From the NCBI GenBank assembly GCA_965216875.1, contig OZ244207.1, positions 736,001 to 800,000 on the forward strand: DNA of 64,000 nucleotides, read 5' to 3'. The position numbers and the translations under genes were made by a program. Position 1 is the first letter of the stretch, and each line of letters starts with the position of its first letter. Shown here piece after piece: positions 50,131-59,171 of the stretch. This stretch comes from Rubripirellula sp. Lineage in GTDB: Bacteria; Planctomycetota; Planctomycetia; Pirellulales; Pirellulaceae. The notes beneath the pieces were generated by a model that searched no databases, was not told where the DNA came from, and saw only the letters and a program-made list of their open reading frames with translations.

Positions 50131-51228
50131 TCGGCGAATCTCTGGTTCGAGCGCGTCAGCTTGGCGAAAAAAGCCAAGGTCCGAGGGATGGGATCCGTCG
50201 GTCGTGTCGTCGCGGTCAAGCCCCAGCATGGTCTCACCATCGACGTAGCCAAGTCGCTTCTCGCCGTCAGCCACGAGTGCATCAAACGCTTGACGGAGTG
50301 CCGCGCGACTTTGCGTATGTCGCTGCTGCCGATCGGGAAGAAACGGCGTGTTGGCGTACGTCCGGTCTTCAACCAACAAGATCGGTGTATCGGGTCGGGC
50401 TTTTCGTATCTGTTGGACCAATGGTTTGGCACGTTCCGCGACCTCTTTTCCGACCATGTTGGGAAGGCAGTCGATCACGTAAAGGCACGGATCGAGCTGG
50501 CAGAGCAACGCACCGACTTCGGGTTCCATTCGACCGTTACCGGAAAAGCCAAGATTGATCACGGGGCGGTCAAGTCGACGACCAAGGATTGCCGGGTGAG
50601 GCATCCCGGGACGCGAAGCGCACGCGCCATGAGTGATCGACGTGCCGTAGAACAAGATTGGCTTCTTTTTCCTCGGAGCGATCGGTGCAAACGTACGGCC
50701 GCGTGGAACGCCGATCTTGAGCGACTCCGTTCCGTTATAGAGTGGAAGGTACGCGGTGTAGGCGCGGCGCCCCGGTTTGATGCCAGAGATCAATTGGGTG
50801 CGGGTGTGCTTTGCGGTTGGTCTCGACACGGCAAGCCAACTCCAGTCGCCTTGTTCGTTTTGAGCGTACAGGTCGATTCCGCTGACACCGGTTGCTGGCA
50901 TGTGAGGCATGGCCAATCGGTCCGATGTCACCGTATGGTCGATCCAGATCTCTTGCGCATCGGTTTCGAACCGTGTTAGCATCCCGGCCGAATGACGACT
51001 CAGGTTCCAAACGGGATCGCGAACCACCCCTTTGGCTTCCTTGGGCAGTCGATCGAAATACTTGAACGTCTCGGATTCCGACCAACCCTTTCCCTCGACG
51101 CCCCATTCTTGAACATCGTGCCACTCGATGGGGGCTGGTTCCGTTTGGGCAGCCAGCGGCAAAGCAGGTAATGTAGCGGCGGCGCCGGTGACGGCAAGGA
51201 AGCGTCGTCGATCAAGGAAGCGGTTCAT
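50113..51228 (-). CDS. SGNH/GDSL hydrolase with N-terminal GxDLY domain and Tat signal
   Basis: DRRRFL leader, GIDLY, FYGTSITHG, NLGFSGN, DGSHP. Confidence 0.92.
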   Translation of the reverse strand: MNRFLDRRRFLAVTGAAATLPALPLAAQTEPAPIEWHDVQEWGVEGKGWSESETFKYFDRLPKEAKGVVRDPVWNLSRHSAGMLTRFETDAQEIWIDHTVTSDRLAMPHMPATGVSGIDLYAQNEQGDWSWLAVSRPTAKHTRTQLISGIKPGRRAYTAYLPLYNGTESLKIGVPRGRTFAPIAPRKKKPILFYGTSITHGACASRPGMPHPAILGRRLDRPVINLGFSGNGRMEPEVGALLCQLDPCLYVIDCLPNMVGKEVAERAKPLVQQIRKARPDTPILLVEDRTYANTPFLPDRQQRHTQSRAALRQAFDALVADGEKRLGYVDGETMLGLDRDDTTDGSHPSDLGFFRQADALEPEIRRLIAAR

Positions 51229-51393
51229 GGCAGAGGTCGATTGGGAAGGCAGGACGGGGAGGGAAGGTTTCGCGAAAGAAGCCGTCAGCCTTGCGGCTGT
51301 TCGCGTCGCGGGCTGCTAGTATAGTGCGTCGCGGCGCCGCCAACCGGTGTCCCCTACCCGCCACCTCCTTCCCTCCTATCGACGTCCAGCACA

Positions 51394-52953
51394 ATGAATC
51401 GAGACCTTCTTTCCGATGCAGCGTCGCCACTTGGTTTGCTCGCCGCCATCAAACGAACGCTGTTGCCTTGTCTAGCTGCTCTGGTGTGCGTCGCATCCGC
51501 AATGCCGACGTCGCAGGCTGAGACGCGCCAGCCCAACGTGGTCTTCATTCTCGCAGACGACCTTGGCTATCGAGAACTTGGTTCGTTTGGACAAGAGAAG
51601 ATTCGCACGCCACATCTCGATGCGTTGGCCAAGCAAGGGATGCGTTTGACGCAGCACTACAGCGGCAACGCGGTCTGTGCTCCTTCACGTTGCGTTTTGA
51701 TGACGGGCAAGAATCCTGGAAACGCATACGTTCGCAACAATCGATCGACGCCCCCAGAAGGCCAGCAACCGATCCCTGACAGCGAAGTCACACTGGCCGA
51801 ATTGATGAAGGCTTCGGGTTACGTCACGGGTGCCTTCGGCAAGTGGGGACTCGGCGGTCCAGACTCCACTGGCGAGCCGTTGCGTCAGGGCGTCGACCGC
51901 TTCTTCGGATACAACTGCCAAGCCCACGCGCACAGCTACTATCCGTCCTACCTATGGGACAACGACCAGCGCATCACACTGAACAACAAGCCCGAAGTCC
52001 CTGGGCACGCTTCGCTCGCCAAGGGCGCCGACAAGAACGATCCGAAAAGCTACGACGTTTTCAAAGGAGCTGACTACGCGCCCGACCGGATCAATGATCA
52101 AGCGTTGCAGTTCATTCGTGACAACAAAGAGAAGCCTTTTTTTCTTTACTATCCCACGATCATTCCTCACGTCGCTTTGCATGTTCCGGATGAAGAGCTT
52201 GAGCCCTACTTGAAGCTCGGCTGGAACGATCCACCGTTCACCCGTGAAAAGGGTTATGGGTACACGCCGCACTTCACACCACGCGCCGCCTACGCAGCGA
52301 TGATCACGCGAATGGATCGCTACATCGGTAACGTGCTCGATCTGCTCGAGGAACTTGGGCTCGATGACAACACCATCGTCGTCTTTACGAGTGATAACGG
52401 AACCACTCATCTTGGCCAAGAAGTCGACTACGAATTCTTCAAGAGTGTCGGCGAGCTTCGTGGGCTCAAGGGCTCACTTTATGAAGGTGGTGTACGTGTG
52501 CCGACAATCGTTCGCTGGCCAGGCAAGGTTCGAGCGGGATCTGAAAGTGACCGCATCAGCGGCTTTGAAGACTGGTTACCAACCCTTTTGGAAGCTGTGC
52601 GAAGCGAAGTTGACGTTCCTGAGGACATTGATGGAATCTCATTAGTCAAGACGTTGCTGGGCGAGTCGCAATCGGAACGTCCCTACTTGTACCGCGAGTT
52701 CGCATCCTATGGCGGCCAACAAACGATTCGGGTTGGCGATTGGAAAGCCGTGCGTCAGAACATGTCCAAGGGAAATCTGAACGTCGAGCTCTACAATATT
52801 GCCAACGACATCAGCGAGTCCAACGATGTTGCTGGCGAGCATCCCGAGTTGGTTGCGAAGTTGACCAAGATGATGGAGCAGGCGCGAACACCCTCACAAG
52901 TCTTCCCGCTCGTGCCACTTGACGCCCCAGTGAAAAAGAAACGCAAACGCTAG
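51394..52953 (+). CDS. Arylsulfatase (formylglycine-dependent)
   Basis: PNVVFILADDLGY, CAPSRCVLMTG, GKWGLG, FTSDNG, KGSLYEGGVRVP. Confidence 0.95.
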   Translation: MNRDLLSDAASPLGLLAAIKRTLLPCLAALVCVASAMPTSQAETRQPNVVFILADDLGYRELGSFGQEKIRTPHLDALAKQGMRLTQHYSGNAVCAPSRCVLMTGKNPGNAYVRNNRSTPPEGQQPIPDSEVTLAELMKASGYVTGAFGKWGLGGPDSTGEPLRQGVDRFFGYNCQAHAHSYYPSYLWDNDQRITLNNKPEVPGHASLAKGADKNDPKSYDVFKGADYAPDRINDQALQFIRDNKEKPFFLYYPTIIPHVALHVPDEELEPYLKLGWNDPPFTREKGYGYTPHFTPRAAYAAMITRMDRYIGNVLDLLEELGLDDNTIVVFTSDNGTTHLGQEVDYEFFKSVGELRGLKGSLYEGGVRVPTIVRWPGKVRAGSESDRISGFEDWLPTLLEAVRSEVDVPEDIDGISLVKTLLGESQSERPYLYREFASYGGQQTIRVGDWKAVRQNMSKGNLNVELYNIANDISESNDVAGEHPELVAKLTKMMEQARTPSQVFPLVPLDAPVKKKRKR

Positions 52954-52956
52954 TTG

Positions 52957-53352
52957 GTAGCTCTGTTCGTCGTACCGCCTTCAGGCGGACTCTTTAGGCT
53001 ACAAACGGCCCGTGAGCCGTACGCGCTAGCGTCGGGCCCTTTGGTCATGGTTCATCGTCGCGACGCTCGCCAGAGCGTGGGGTTTGCTGCGACGCGGTCA
53101 CCCCATTCGTTCCACCTTCTGGCGAAGGTAGCTACGTTTGTCGTACCGCCTTCAGGCGGAATCTTTAGGCTTCAAACGGCCCGTGAGCCGTACGCGCTAG
53201 CGTCGGGCCCTTTGGTCATGATTCATCGTCGCGACGCTCGCCAGAGCGTGGGTTTGCTGCGACACGGCCATCCCATTCGTTCCACCTTCTGGCGAAGGTA
53301 GCTACGTTCGTCGTACCGCCTTCAGGCGGTGTCATGCGGAGCATGACCTACG
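52957..53352. repeat. Tandem 171/170-bp composite REP mosaic (BIME-like), ending in a family C REP
   Basis: Units start at 52957, 53128 and 53298 (partial). Each full unit has GTACCGCCTTCAGGCGG, a family D REP and an inverted pair GTCGCGACGCTCGCCAGAGCGTGG / CCACCTTCTGGCGAAGGTAGCTAC. Confidence 0.9.
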
Positions 53353-53388
53353 AAAAAAGCCTCGCATGCTTTTGCATGCGAGGCCTTT
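53353..53388 (-). terminator. Rho-independent terminator of the TPR gene
   Basis: aaaaaa-gcctcgcatgc-tttt-gcatgcgaggc. Confidence 0.85.
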
Positions 53389-53418
53389 GTTGTTCTCGAA
53401 ACCACCTTCATTCGAAGG

Positions 53419-54729
53419 TTAGCTGCCCGATGGCATTTGGAAGCCGGTTGGCAATCCAAATGGAACCGATGGACCTTGCGATCCCGCTGATGGCGATCCC
53501 GTTGCGGGCGCAGTGGCCGCGGGTGGCGGAGTCGTCGGTGCGGTTGCAGCAGGTGGAAGTTCAGCCGAAGGCGTCGTCGCTGGTGGCGTGACATGAGGTG
53601 CCTTTGGTGCGGTCGGTTGCGACGAAATCGTCGTCCACGCGTTGCCCGGGGTTTGCTTTGGCGGTGCAACCTGGTTCGCGGTCGCGACACCTTGAGCGTA
53701 AGCGGGCGTGCCCGATTGACTCGTCTGCTGGATCGGTGCCTTGCTTGGCAGAGCAGCGACGGTTGCTTGAGGTGCGGCTTGCGCGATGGGCGAAATGCTG
53801 CCGTTGATCTGAGCAAGCATGTCGCGTGATCGGTCAACAGCACGTTTGACTGCAGCGTCCTCGCCAGCTTGCGATTCGAATTGAACCGCGTGGCCAAGGT
53901 GATTGCGAGCCTCGCCGAGTTGGCCCTTCTTGAAGTGAAGGTAGGCCATATTGAAGTGGGCGACGGCTGCCTTGTTGTTGTCAGCCAGGACTTTGTAGGC
54001 CGAGTTGGTATCGCCCGATTCAAACTTTACGCTTGCCAGGTTGTTGGCATAGCGTGACGTGCCGGGCGAGATTTGCAACGCGGTTTCCAAGCACTGAGCG
54101 GCTGCAGCGTGGTTGCCAATCTTGCTGAAGGTCAAACCAAGGTCGTTATGCAGACCTGCATCTTTGGGATTGGCCGAGATCGCCTTTTGGAAGAACTCGA
54201 TCGCCTTTTGATGATTGCCTTGACGGAAGTGCAGCCGAGCGATGCTGGTCAATGCCGGAGCGTTGTTTGGCTCGCTCTCGAGAGCTTTGACGTAACTTTC
54301 CATCGCTTTGGGGAAGTTACCGGTTGATTCCCATAGTTGGCCGTTGGCAACGAATACCTCAGGGCTAACGCTCTGTGGCATGTTGTCCAAGCGAAGTGGG
54401 TCAGGTTCGGACCCTTGTGGCACTTCGTCGTCGCCACCGCCGAACAGGCCAGTGACGGCACCCGTCGACTTGGTCCAGGCACTCTTGACGGTGGTGCCCA
54501 TCGTGCTGAATTGGTTACGAGCGCCGCCAGCAGTCGAAGCGATCGACTCGGTCAGTTTTTGAGTTGTACTTGGCTCTTGAGGTGCCAGGACACCTGGCTC
54601 GGGCGACTTCGAGAACGGGTTCATCGATGCCAGCGACATTCCGCCGGTCGAGCACCCAGTGCCCAGCATGGTCGAGCTTGCCAGAAACGTTGCCAGCAGC
54701 GCGCGACGCGCTTTGGTTGATGGTTTCAC
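53419..54729 (-). CDS. TPR-repeat lipoprotein
   Basis: Lipobox-like MLGTGC, several TPRs (AMESYVKALESEP, AIEFFQKAISANP, YANNLA), Pro/Ala/Thr-rich tail. Confidence 0.88.
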   Translation of the reverse strand: MKPSTKARRALLATFLASSTMLGTGCSTGGMSLASMNPFSKSPEPGVLAPQEPSTTQKLTESIASTAGGARNQFSTMGTTVKSAWTKSTGAVTGLFGGGDDEVPQGSEPDPLRLDNMPQSVSPEVFVANGQLWESTGNFPKAMESYVKALESEPNNAPALTSIARLHFRQGNHQKAIEFFQKAISANPKDAGLHNDLGLTFSKIGNHAAAAQCLETALQISPGTSRYANNLASVKFESGDTNSAYKVLADNNKAAVAHFNMAYLHFKKGQLGEARNHLGHAVQFESQAGEDAAVKRAVDRSRDMLAQINGSISPIAQAAPQATVAALPSKAPIQQTSQSGTPAYAQGVATANQVAPPKQTPGNAWTTISSQPTAPKAPHVTPPATTPSAELPPAATAPTTPPPAATAPATGSPSAGSQGPSVPFGLPTGFQMPSGS

Positions 54730-54877
54730 AGTCTAACTTCCCCCCCGCATCAACCTCATGCTTTCAACTTCGAGCGAGGGATGCAGATATTGTGGATTGA
54801 TCCAACGGTTCCGATTATGAGGATCGGCAGCTCGAATTCAGAACTTCAGCTTGATCGCACGAAGATATCCCAAAACG

Positions 54878-54910
54878 AAAAAAGGCGACTTCGATCTCTC
54901 GAAGTCGCCT
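54878..54910 (-). terminator. Probable terminator after 54940-55509
   Basis: aaaaaaggcgacttcga-tctc-tcgaagtcgcct. Confidence 0.75.
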
Positions 54911-54939
54911 CGTTCGATGTATGATAGCGAGCCAGTCGC

Positions 54940-55509
54940 TTATTCGCCGCCACCGGTTGGTGTGGTGATGCCTTGAGCACCACTGCTGCTGCTGTTGGGC
55001 AGCTTCGGAGCGGGCAATTGCTCAAGCCAATTTCGGCTGATTTTGTTGGCCCAGGCACCGGAGGCTTCCGGTGGTGCAACGTCGGTCACGAGCACGGTTG
55101 GCCGGGGACCTTCGAAGTAGAAGTTGGCAAGCGATTCTCGAACCGAAGCGACGCGTGCATCGGTTTCCGCTTTGCTTCCGCCACGCAGAACGTAGACGGT
55201 GCGGTGAGTCGCTGGTGCTTTGGTCGCGATCCAATGCACTTTGTTGTTGCCCGAAGCGAGCAACGCACCATCGCCACTGCGGAATTGCTCGTGGCCGATG
55301 GTGTTGTTCATCTTCCAGCCCTTCATCTTCATCACTTCGAAGGGAGCAATCACGTCACGAGCGTCGGCTTCGTTGAACGGATCGGGCCAAGCGTTGTTTC
55401 TGTAATATCCGACGTGAATGCCGTGCCAAAACTCATCCCACCAATCGTCCCCGGCGGGAGCAGTGGAGGCACAGCTGACGAGCAACAAGAACGCTACGAT
55501 TCGTTTCAT
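54940..55509 (-). CDS. Exported hypothetical protein (RNNAWPDPF motif)
   Basis: MKRIVAFLLLVSCASTAPA signal peptide with AAGGAA upstream; terminator downstream. Confidence 0.8.
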   Translation of the reverse strand: MKRIVAFLLLVSCASTAPAGDDWWDEFWHGIHVGYYRNNAWPDPFNEADARDVIAPFEVMKMKGWKMNNTIGHEQFRSGDGALLASGNNKVHWIATKAPATHRTVYVLRGGSKAETDARVASVRESLANFYFEGPRPTVLVTDVAPPEASGAWANKISRNWLEQLPAPKLPNSSSSGAQGITTPTGGGE

Positions 55510-55777
55510 GACAGGCAGTTCCTTCCGCCGATGACGCAGACCCTTTGAAAAGTCCGCAAAGTGATTCACGAGAGTTCACCGTCTGAATGATTCAAAACAG
55601 AGCTGCCGAGCATCCAAGCGATCGGGCAGCCCCAAAAGAGACGGTCATTGAAACTCCATCGACCATTCTGCGCGGTGACTTCGTTCGTGGGGGAAACAAT
55701 CGCACCACTGTGACAAAAGGCACAAACGGTACAACCGGCAAAGTCGTGTCTGTCTCGATCCTTGCGGCATGGGGCGG

Positions 55778-56164
55778 GAGGAAGAGGGACAGAAAAATGG
55801 GTGACAGAAAGATGGGAGTAGGGGTGGGGCCAGGAAGGGCAGAAAGATGGTTGGCAGAAAAATGAAGTGCGAGAGGAAGAGGGACAGAAAAATGGGGGAC
55901 AGAAAGATGGGAGAAGGTGTGGGGCCAAGAAGGGCAGAAAGATGGTTGGCAGAAAAAATGAAGTGCGAGAGGAAGAGGGACAGAAAAATGGGGGACAGAA
56001 AGATGGGAGTAGGGGTGGGGCCAGGAAGGGCAGAAAGATGGTTGGCAGAAAAATGCGGTGTGGGAGGAAGAGCGACAGGAATATGGGTGACAGAAAATGG
56101 GAAGATGCAGCTGTGGAAAAGTGAGAGGAGCTCACTTCATTTTTCTGCCAACCATCTTTTTGCC
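55778..56164. repeat. Purine-rich tandem array of 95-96-bp units built from 27-bp GRCAGAAARATG-N3-GRCAGAAARATG doublets, closed by an inverted copy
   Basis: Units start at 55778, 55873, 55969 and 56064 (partial); inverted doublet at 56138-56164. Confidence 0.9.
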
Positions 56165-56216
56165 TATACCTACGCGCACTCGGCGACATACCGCGTTGGC
56201 AAAGATTGGGAGGGGA

Positions 56217-56438
56217 CTAGTTTTCTTCGGCGACGACGAGGGTTTCGCCGATCACTTCGACCACGTCGCCAGGAAAGAGTTGTTTGCGACGCCGCGTTTC
56301 AACTTCACCGTTGACGGTCACTTCGCCCGATTGGATTCGGATCTTTGCTTCGCCCCCGGTTCCGACCAAACCGCTACGTTTGATGAAGTCATCGAGTCGG
56401 ATCATCGTCTCTTGAGGTTGATCTTCGTTCATCGCCAC
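56217..56438 (-). CDS. S4-domain RNA-binding protein (YaaA/YbcJ-like)
   Basis: IRLDDFIK..GLVGTGGEAKIRIQSGEVTVNGEVETRRRKQL. Confidence 0.93.
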   Translation of the reverse strand: MAMNEDQPQETMIRLDDFIKRSGLVGTGGEAKIRIQSGEVTVNGEVETRRRKQLFPGDVVEVIGETLVVAEEN

Positions 56439-56446
56439 GCCTTCCT

Positions 56447-57574
56447 TTACTTCACCTCAAACGTCGCGATCACCGGATAGTGATCACTCAAATCACGCTG
56501 ATCGTCGCGTTGTTTCCAATAGGCATCCCAATGTTGGGACGCCGTGTCGGGCGGACCTTGAATGGCCAAGTCTGCCCGCACTTCGATTGATTGAAAGACC
56601 AAGTTTGGTTTCCCTGGAATGTCCTTCATCAGCGACGGTGAGCAGAAGATGCGATCGAATTCGCGGCCGGCCAACAAATGTGTTTGCCGCTGATGTCGCG
56701 CCAGCGTGAGGTTTAGGTCGACCAAGTCGTCTTTTTTGTCTCGCGTCTCACTGCCACTCAAGATACCCAAATCGCTATCAGGGTTCGTCTTGGAATGGCC
56801 GCGCTGTTCGGTATTCAAATCGCCAAGCACGATGACGTGTTCGCCTGCGGCAACGGCCGAGCCGATCCAGTGGTGGACAAGTCTTGCTTGACGCCGACGC
56901 AACGGTTCCGCATCGGCGCCACTTCGCAAATGGAGCGTGAACACGATGACGCGTTCGAAGCTGTCACCCACCGGGAATTCGAAGACCGCCATCAAGTGCT
57001 TGCTGACATCGTAATACTGCTCTGTCTTTCGCATGCGATCGGTCATCGCATGTTGCACGGTGTTCAATAAACTGGCCGGCGAGCGAAACAACATCCCGAC
57101 ATCTTGTTCGGTGTAATGGTCACGACCTTGAATGCCAAGCTCGCGGTAGTTCTGTTTGTGATTTCGTTCCAACGCGCGGGCGAGGTACCAAAGGACGCGA
57201 CGGTTTTCCGCCTCCTGCACCGCAACGATGGTGGGATTCGCTTTTGCGATGCTCGCGGCGATGGCGTCTCGTCGCCAATCCCACTGAGCTCGCGAGGGAG
57301 TCGACTTTTCTCGCGCGAGTTTGCTGTAGTTGTCTCCCGTCTCGTTATCGAAGAACCACTCCAGGTTCCATGTCATGACGGTAAGCGGCTCGCCGGCGGT
57401 CGCTCGGGCAGATGGTGTTGAACCCCCAGCCAGGACGTGGAAGGTGACAACGGACACAAGGGCCAGTAGGCGGGCGGTGTGTCGCTTGGGGGCGCCTTTG
57501 GCTGCACAAGGTCCTTTGGCTGCACGAGCTTTTGAGTTCGTGTTCGCGAAGGTGGGATCGCTATCTCGATTCAT
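56447..57574 (-). CDS. Endonuclease/exonuclease/phosphatase family protein, probably exported
   Basis: VMTWNLE, VAVQEAE, HLRS, VLGDLN, FDRIF, SDHYPV. Start position uncertain. Confidence 0.9.
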   Translation of the reverse strand: MNRDSDPTFANTNSKARAAKGPCAAKGAPKRHTARLLALVSVVTFHVLAGGSTPSARATAGEPLTVMTWNLEWFFDNETGDNYSKLAREKSTPSRAQWDWRRDAIAASIAKANPTIVAVQEAENRRVLWYLARALERNHKQNYRELGIQGRDHYTEQDVGMLFRSPASLLNTVQHAMTDRMRKTEQYYDVSKHLMAVFEFPVGDSFERVIVFTLHLRSGADAEPLRRRQARLVHHWIGSAVAAGEHVIVLGDLNTEQRGHSKTNPDSDLGILSGSETRDKKDDLVDLNLTLARHQRQTHLLAGREFDRIFCSPSLMKDIPGKPNLVFQSIEVRADLAIQGPPDTASQHWDAYWKQRDDQRDLSDHYPVIATFEVK

Positions 57575-57898
57575 AGGGGCACTGAATGAGAGTGAGGGGA
57601 GCTGGCCCGGCGAGGCGGGGCAACGGTTTGGTTTGAAGGATGCGGTTCGCAGACACGCGAAATGCGTTTGCAAATCAAGTTTGCTACCGCGGTTGAGTGA
57701 TTCTCGAAAAGCACAAACATTGCATGCCCCGGTTCGTGCGATTCTACTCGAAGGGGCAGTTTACTCGGCAATCGGCTTTGATGTCAGGCCGCGGTGTTCC
57801 CTCCCCAACTCCTGGTGGTCAGAACACGGTGGCGATTGGGATCGCTACCATGCTGAATCGAATTTGCGCCGGTTCCGGACGAAAAGCAAAGGTTTTCA

Positions 57899-59068
57899 AT
57901 GTCGCCTCAAACGACAACTCAATGGGCACAGGTCGAATCGCTTGACCCACACAAAGATGACTTCGCAGTCGAAGTCGTCGACCAGATACTTCGCATAGCA
58001 CTGCAGGCGGGGGCGAGCGACGTTCATCTTCAACCACGCGAGGTTGGTTGGGAGATCCTGGTTCGTGTGGATGGTGTTTTAACCAGCGTCGCCAAGGTTC
58101 CCGGTGGTGGTCCCAACAACCCCGTGACTCGCTTGATGGTTCTTGCGGGCTTGCCGACTTATCGAAGCGGCCAGCCAATGGAAGGTCGACTGCAGAGTGA
58201 CGGTGACGCACTACCGATGCGGTTGGGGATCTTTCCAACCGTTCACGGGCCGCGCGGCGTGATTCGATTGCTTGGGACGGGCGATACGTTTGAAAACCTT
58301 GAGTCGTTGGGGCTTCCTGAAGACGTCGAGAGAACGCTGGTCGAAACGAGCCAGCAAACCGACGGTGCGGTCCTGCTAAGTGGGCCGGCTGGTAGTGGTA
58401 AAACGACAACGTTGTATGCGCTGTTGCGCCGTATTGCGTCGTCAACGCCACGCCGCAGTGTGATGACGATCGAAGACCCGGTGGAATCGGTGATCGATTG
58501 CATCAGCCAAAGCGAACTCGATTCAAGCAGCGGATTGACGTTGGCGGCAGCGCTTCGAAGTGCGGTGCGACAAGACAGCGAAGTCTTGTTGGTTAGTGAG
58601 ATTCGCGATCCCGAAACTGCCGAAGCGGCGATGCAAGCTTCGCTGACGGGGCATTTGATTTACAGCTCGCTTCATGCCAGCGATGTGGCGGCTTCACTGC
58701 GCCGGTTGATGCAGTTTGGTGTACCGATGCATGCGATGCGAAGCGGGGTCCGCGCGATCGTGTCGGTGCGTTTGTTGCGGCGCAAGTGCGAACCGTGTGA
58801 AGGCGACTTGGCGGATTGCGATCGCTGTATGGGACTTGGGTACCGAGGACGCTTGCCGGTCGCACAGGCCGTGCGGTTGGATGGAAGTGATCCTGTTGGC
58901 GAATCGTTGATGAATTCGCTCGAGCAAGGGGCCTCTCTGACGCAGATGCGCGACCAGGCACTCGCCGCGGGCGGAATCGACCTGCTCGGTTGCGCTCAAG
59001 CCTACGTCGATGCTGGCCTGACCGACCCCGCCGAGGTGTATCGGGTGCTTGGCCAGAAATGTCGCTAA
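57899..59068 (+). CDS. gspE: GspE/PulE-family secretion ATPase (lacks the N-terminal N1 domain)
   Basis: ASDVHLQP, GPAGSGKTTT, TIEDPVE, RQDSEVLLVSEIRD, TGHLIYSSLH, CEPC..CDRC..GYRGR. Confidence 0.92.
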   Translation: MSPQTTTQWAQVESLDPHKDDFAVEVVDQILRIALQAGASDVHLQPREVGWEILVRVDGVLTSVAKVPGGGPNNPVTRLMVLAGLPTYRSGQPMEGRLQSDGDALPMRLGIFPTVHGPRGVIRLLGTGDTFENLESLGLPEDVERTLVETSQQTDGAVLLSGPAGSGKTTTLYALLRRIASSTPRRSVMTIEDPVESVIDCISQSELDSSSGLTLAAALRSAVRQDSEVLLVSEIRDPETAEAAMQASLTGHLIYSSLHASDVAASLRRLMQFGVPMHAMRSGVRAIVSVRLLRRKCEPCEGDLADCDRCMGLGYRGRLPVAQAVRLDGSDPVGESLMNSLEQGASLTQMRDQALAAGGIDLLGCAQAYVDAGLTDPAEVYRVLGQKCR

Positions 59069-59171
59069 TCTTTCCCTCACATCGGGTCTGAGGCTTGCGA
59101 ACGGACCGCTCGATCTCTAATATAGAAGGAATGTCTTATCTTGCTTCTCCTCGGTTTTAGCACGGCCACCG

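Noticed and set aside
52954..53301. 115-aa ORF with internal repeat
   Set aside because: It is simply the translation of the 171-bp REP mosaic.
55778..56164. CRISPR array, or the ORFs 55566-56189, 55847-56314 and 55867-56124
   Set aside because: The spacers themselves repeat, and the translations are low-complexity by-products of the DNA repeat.
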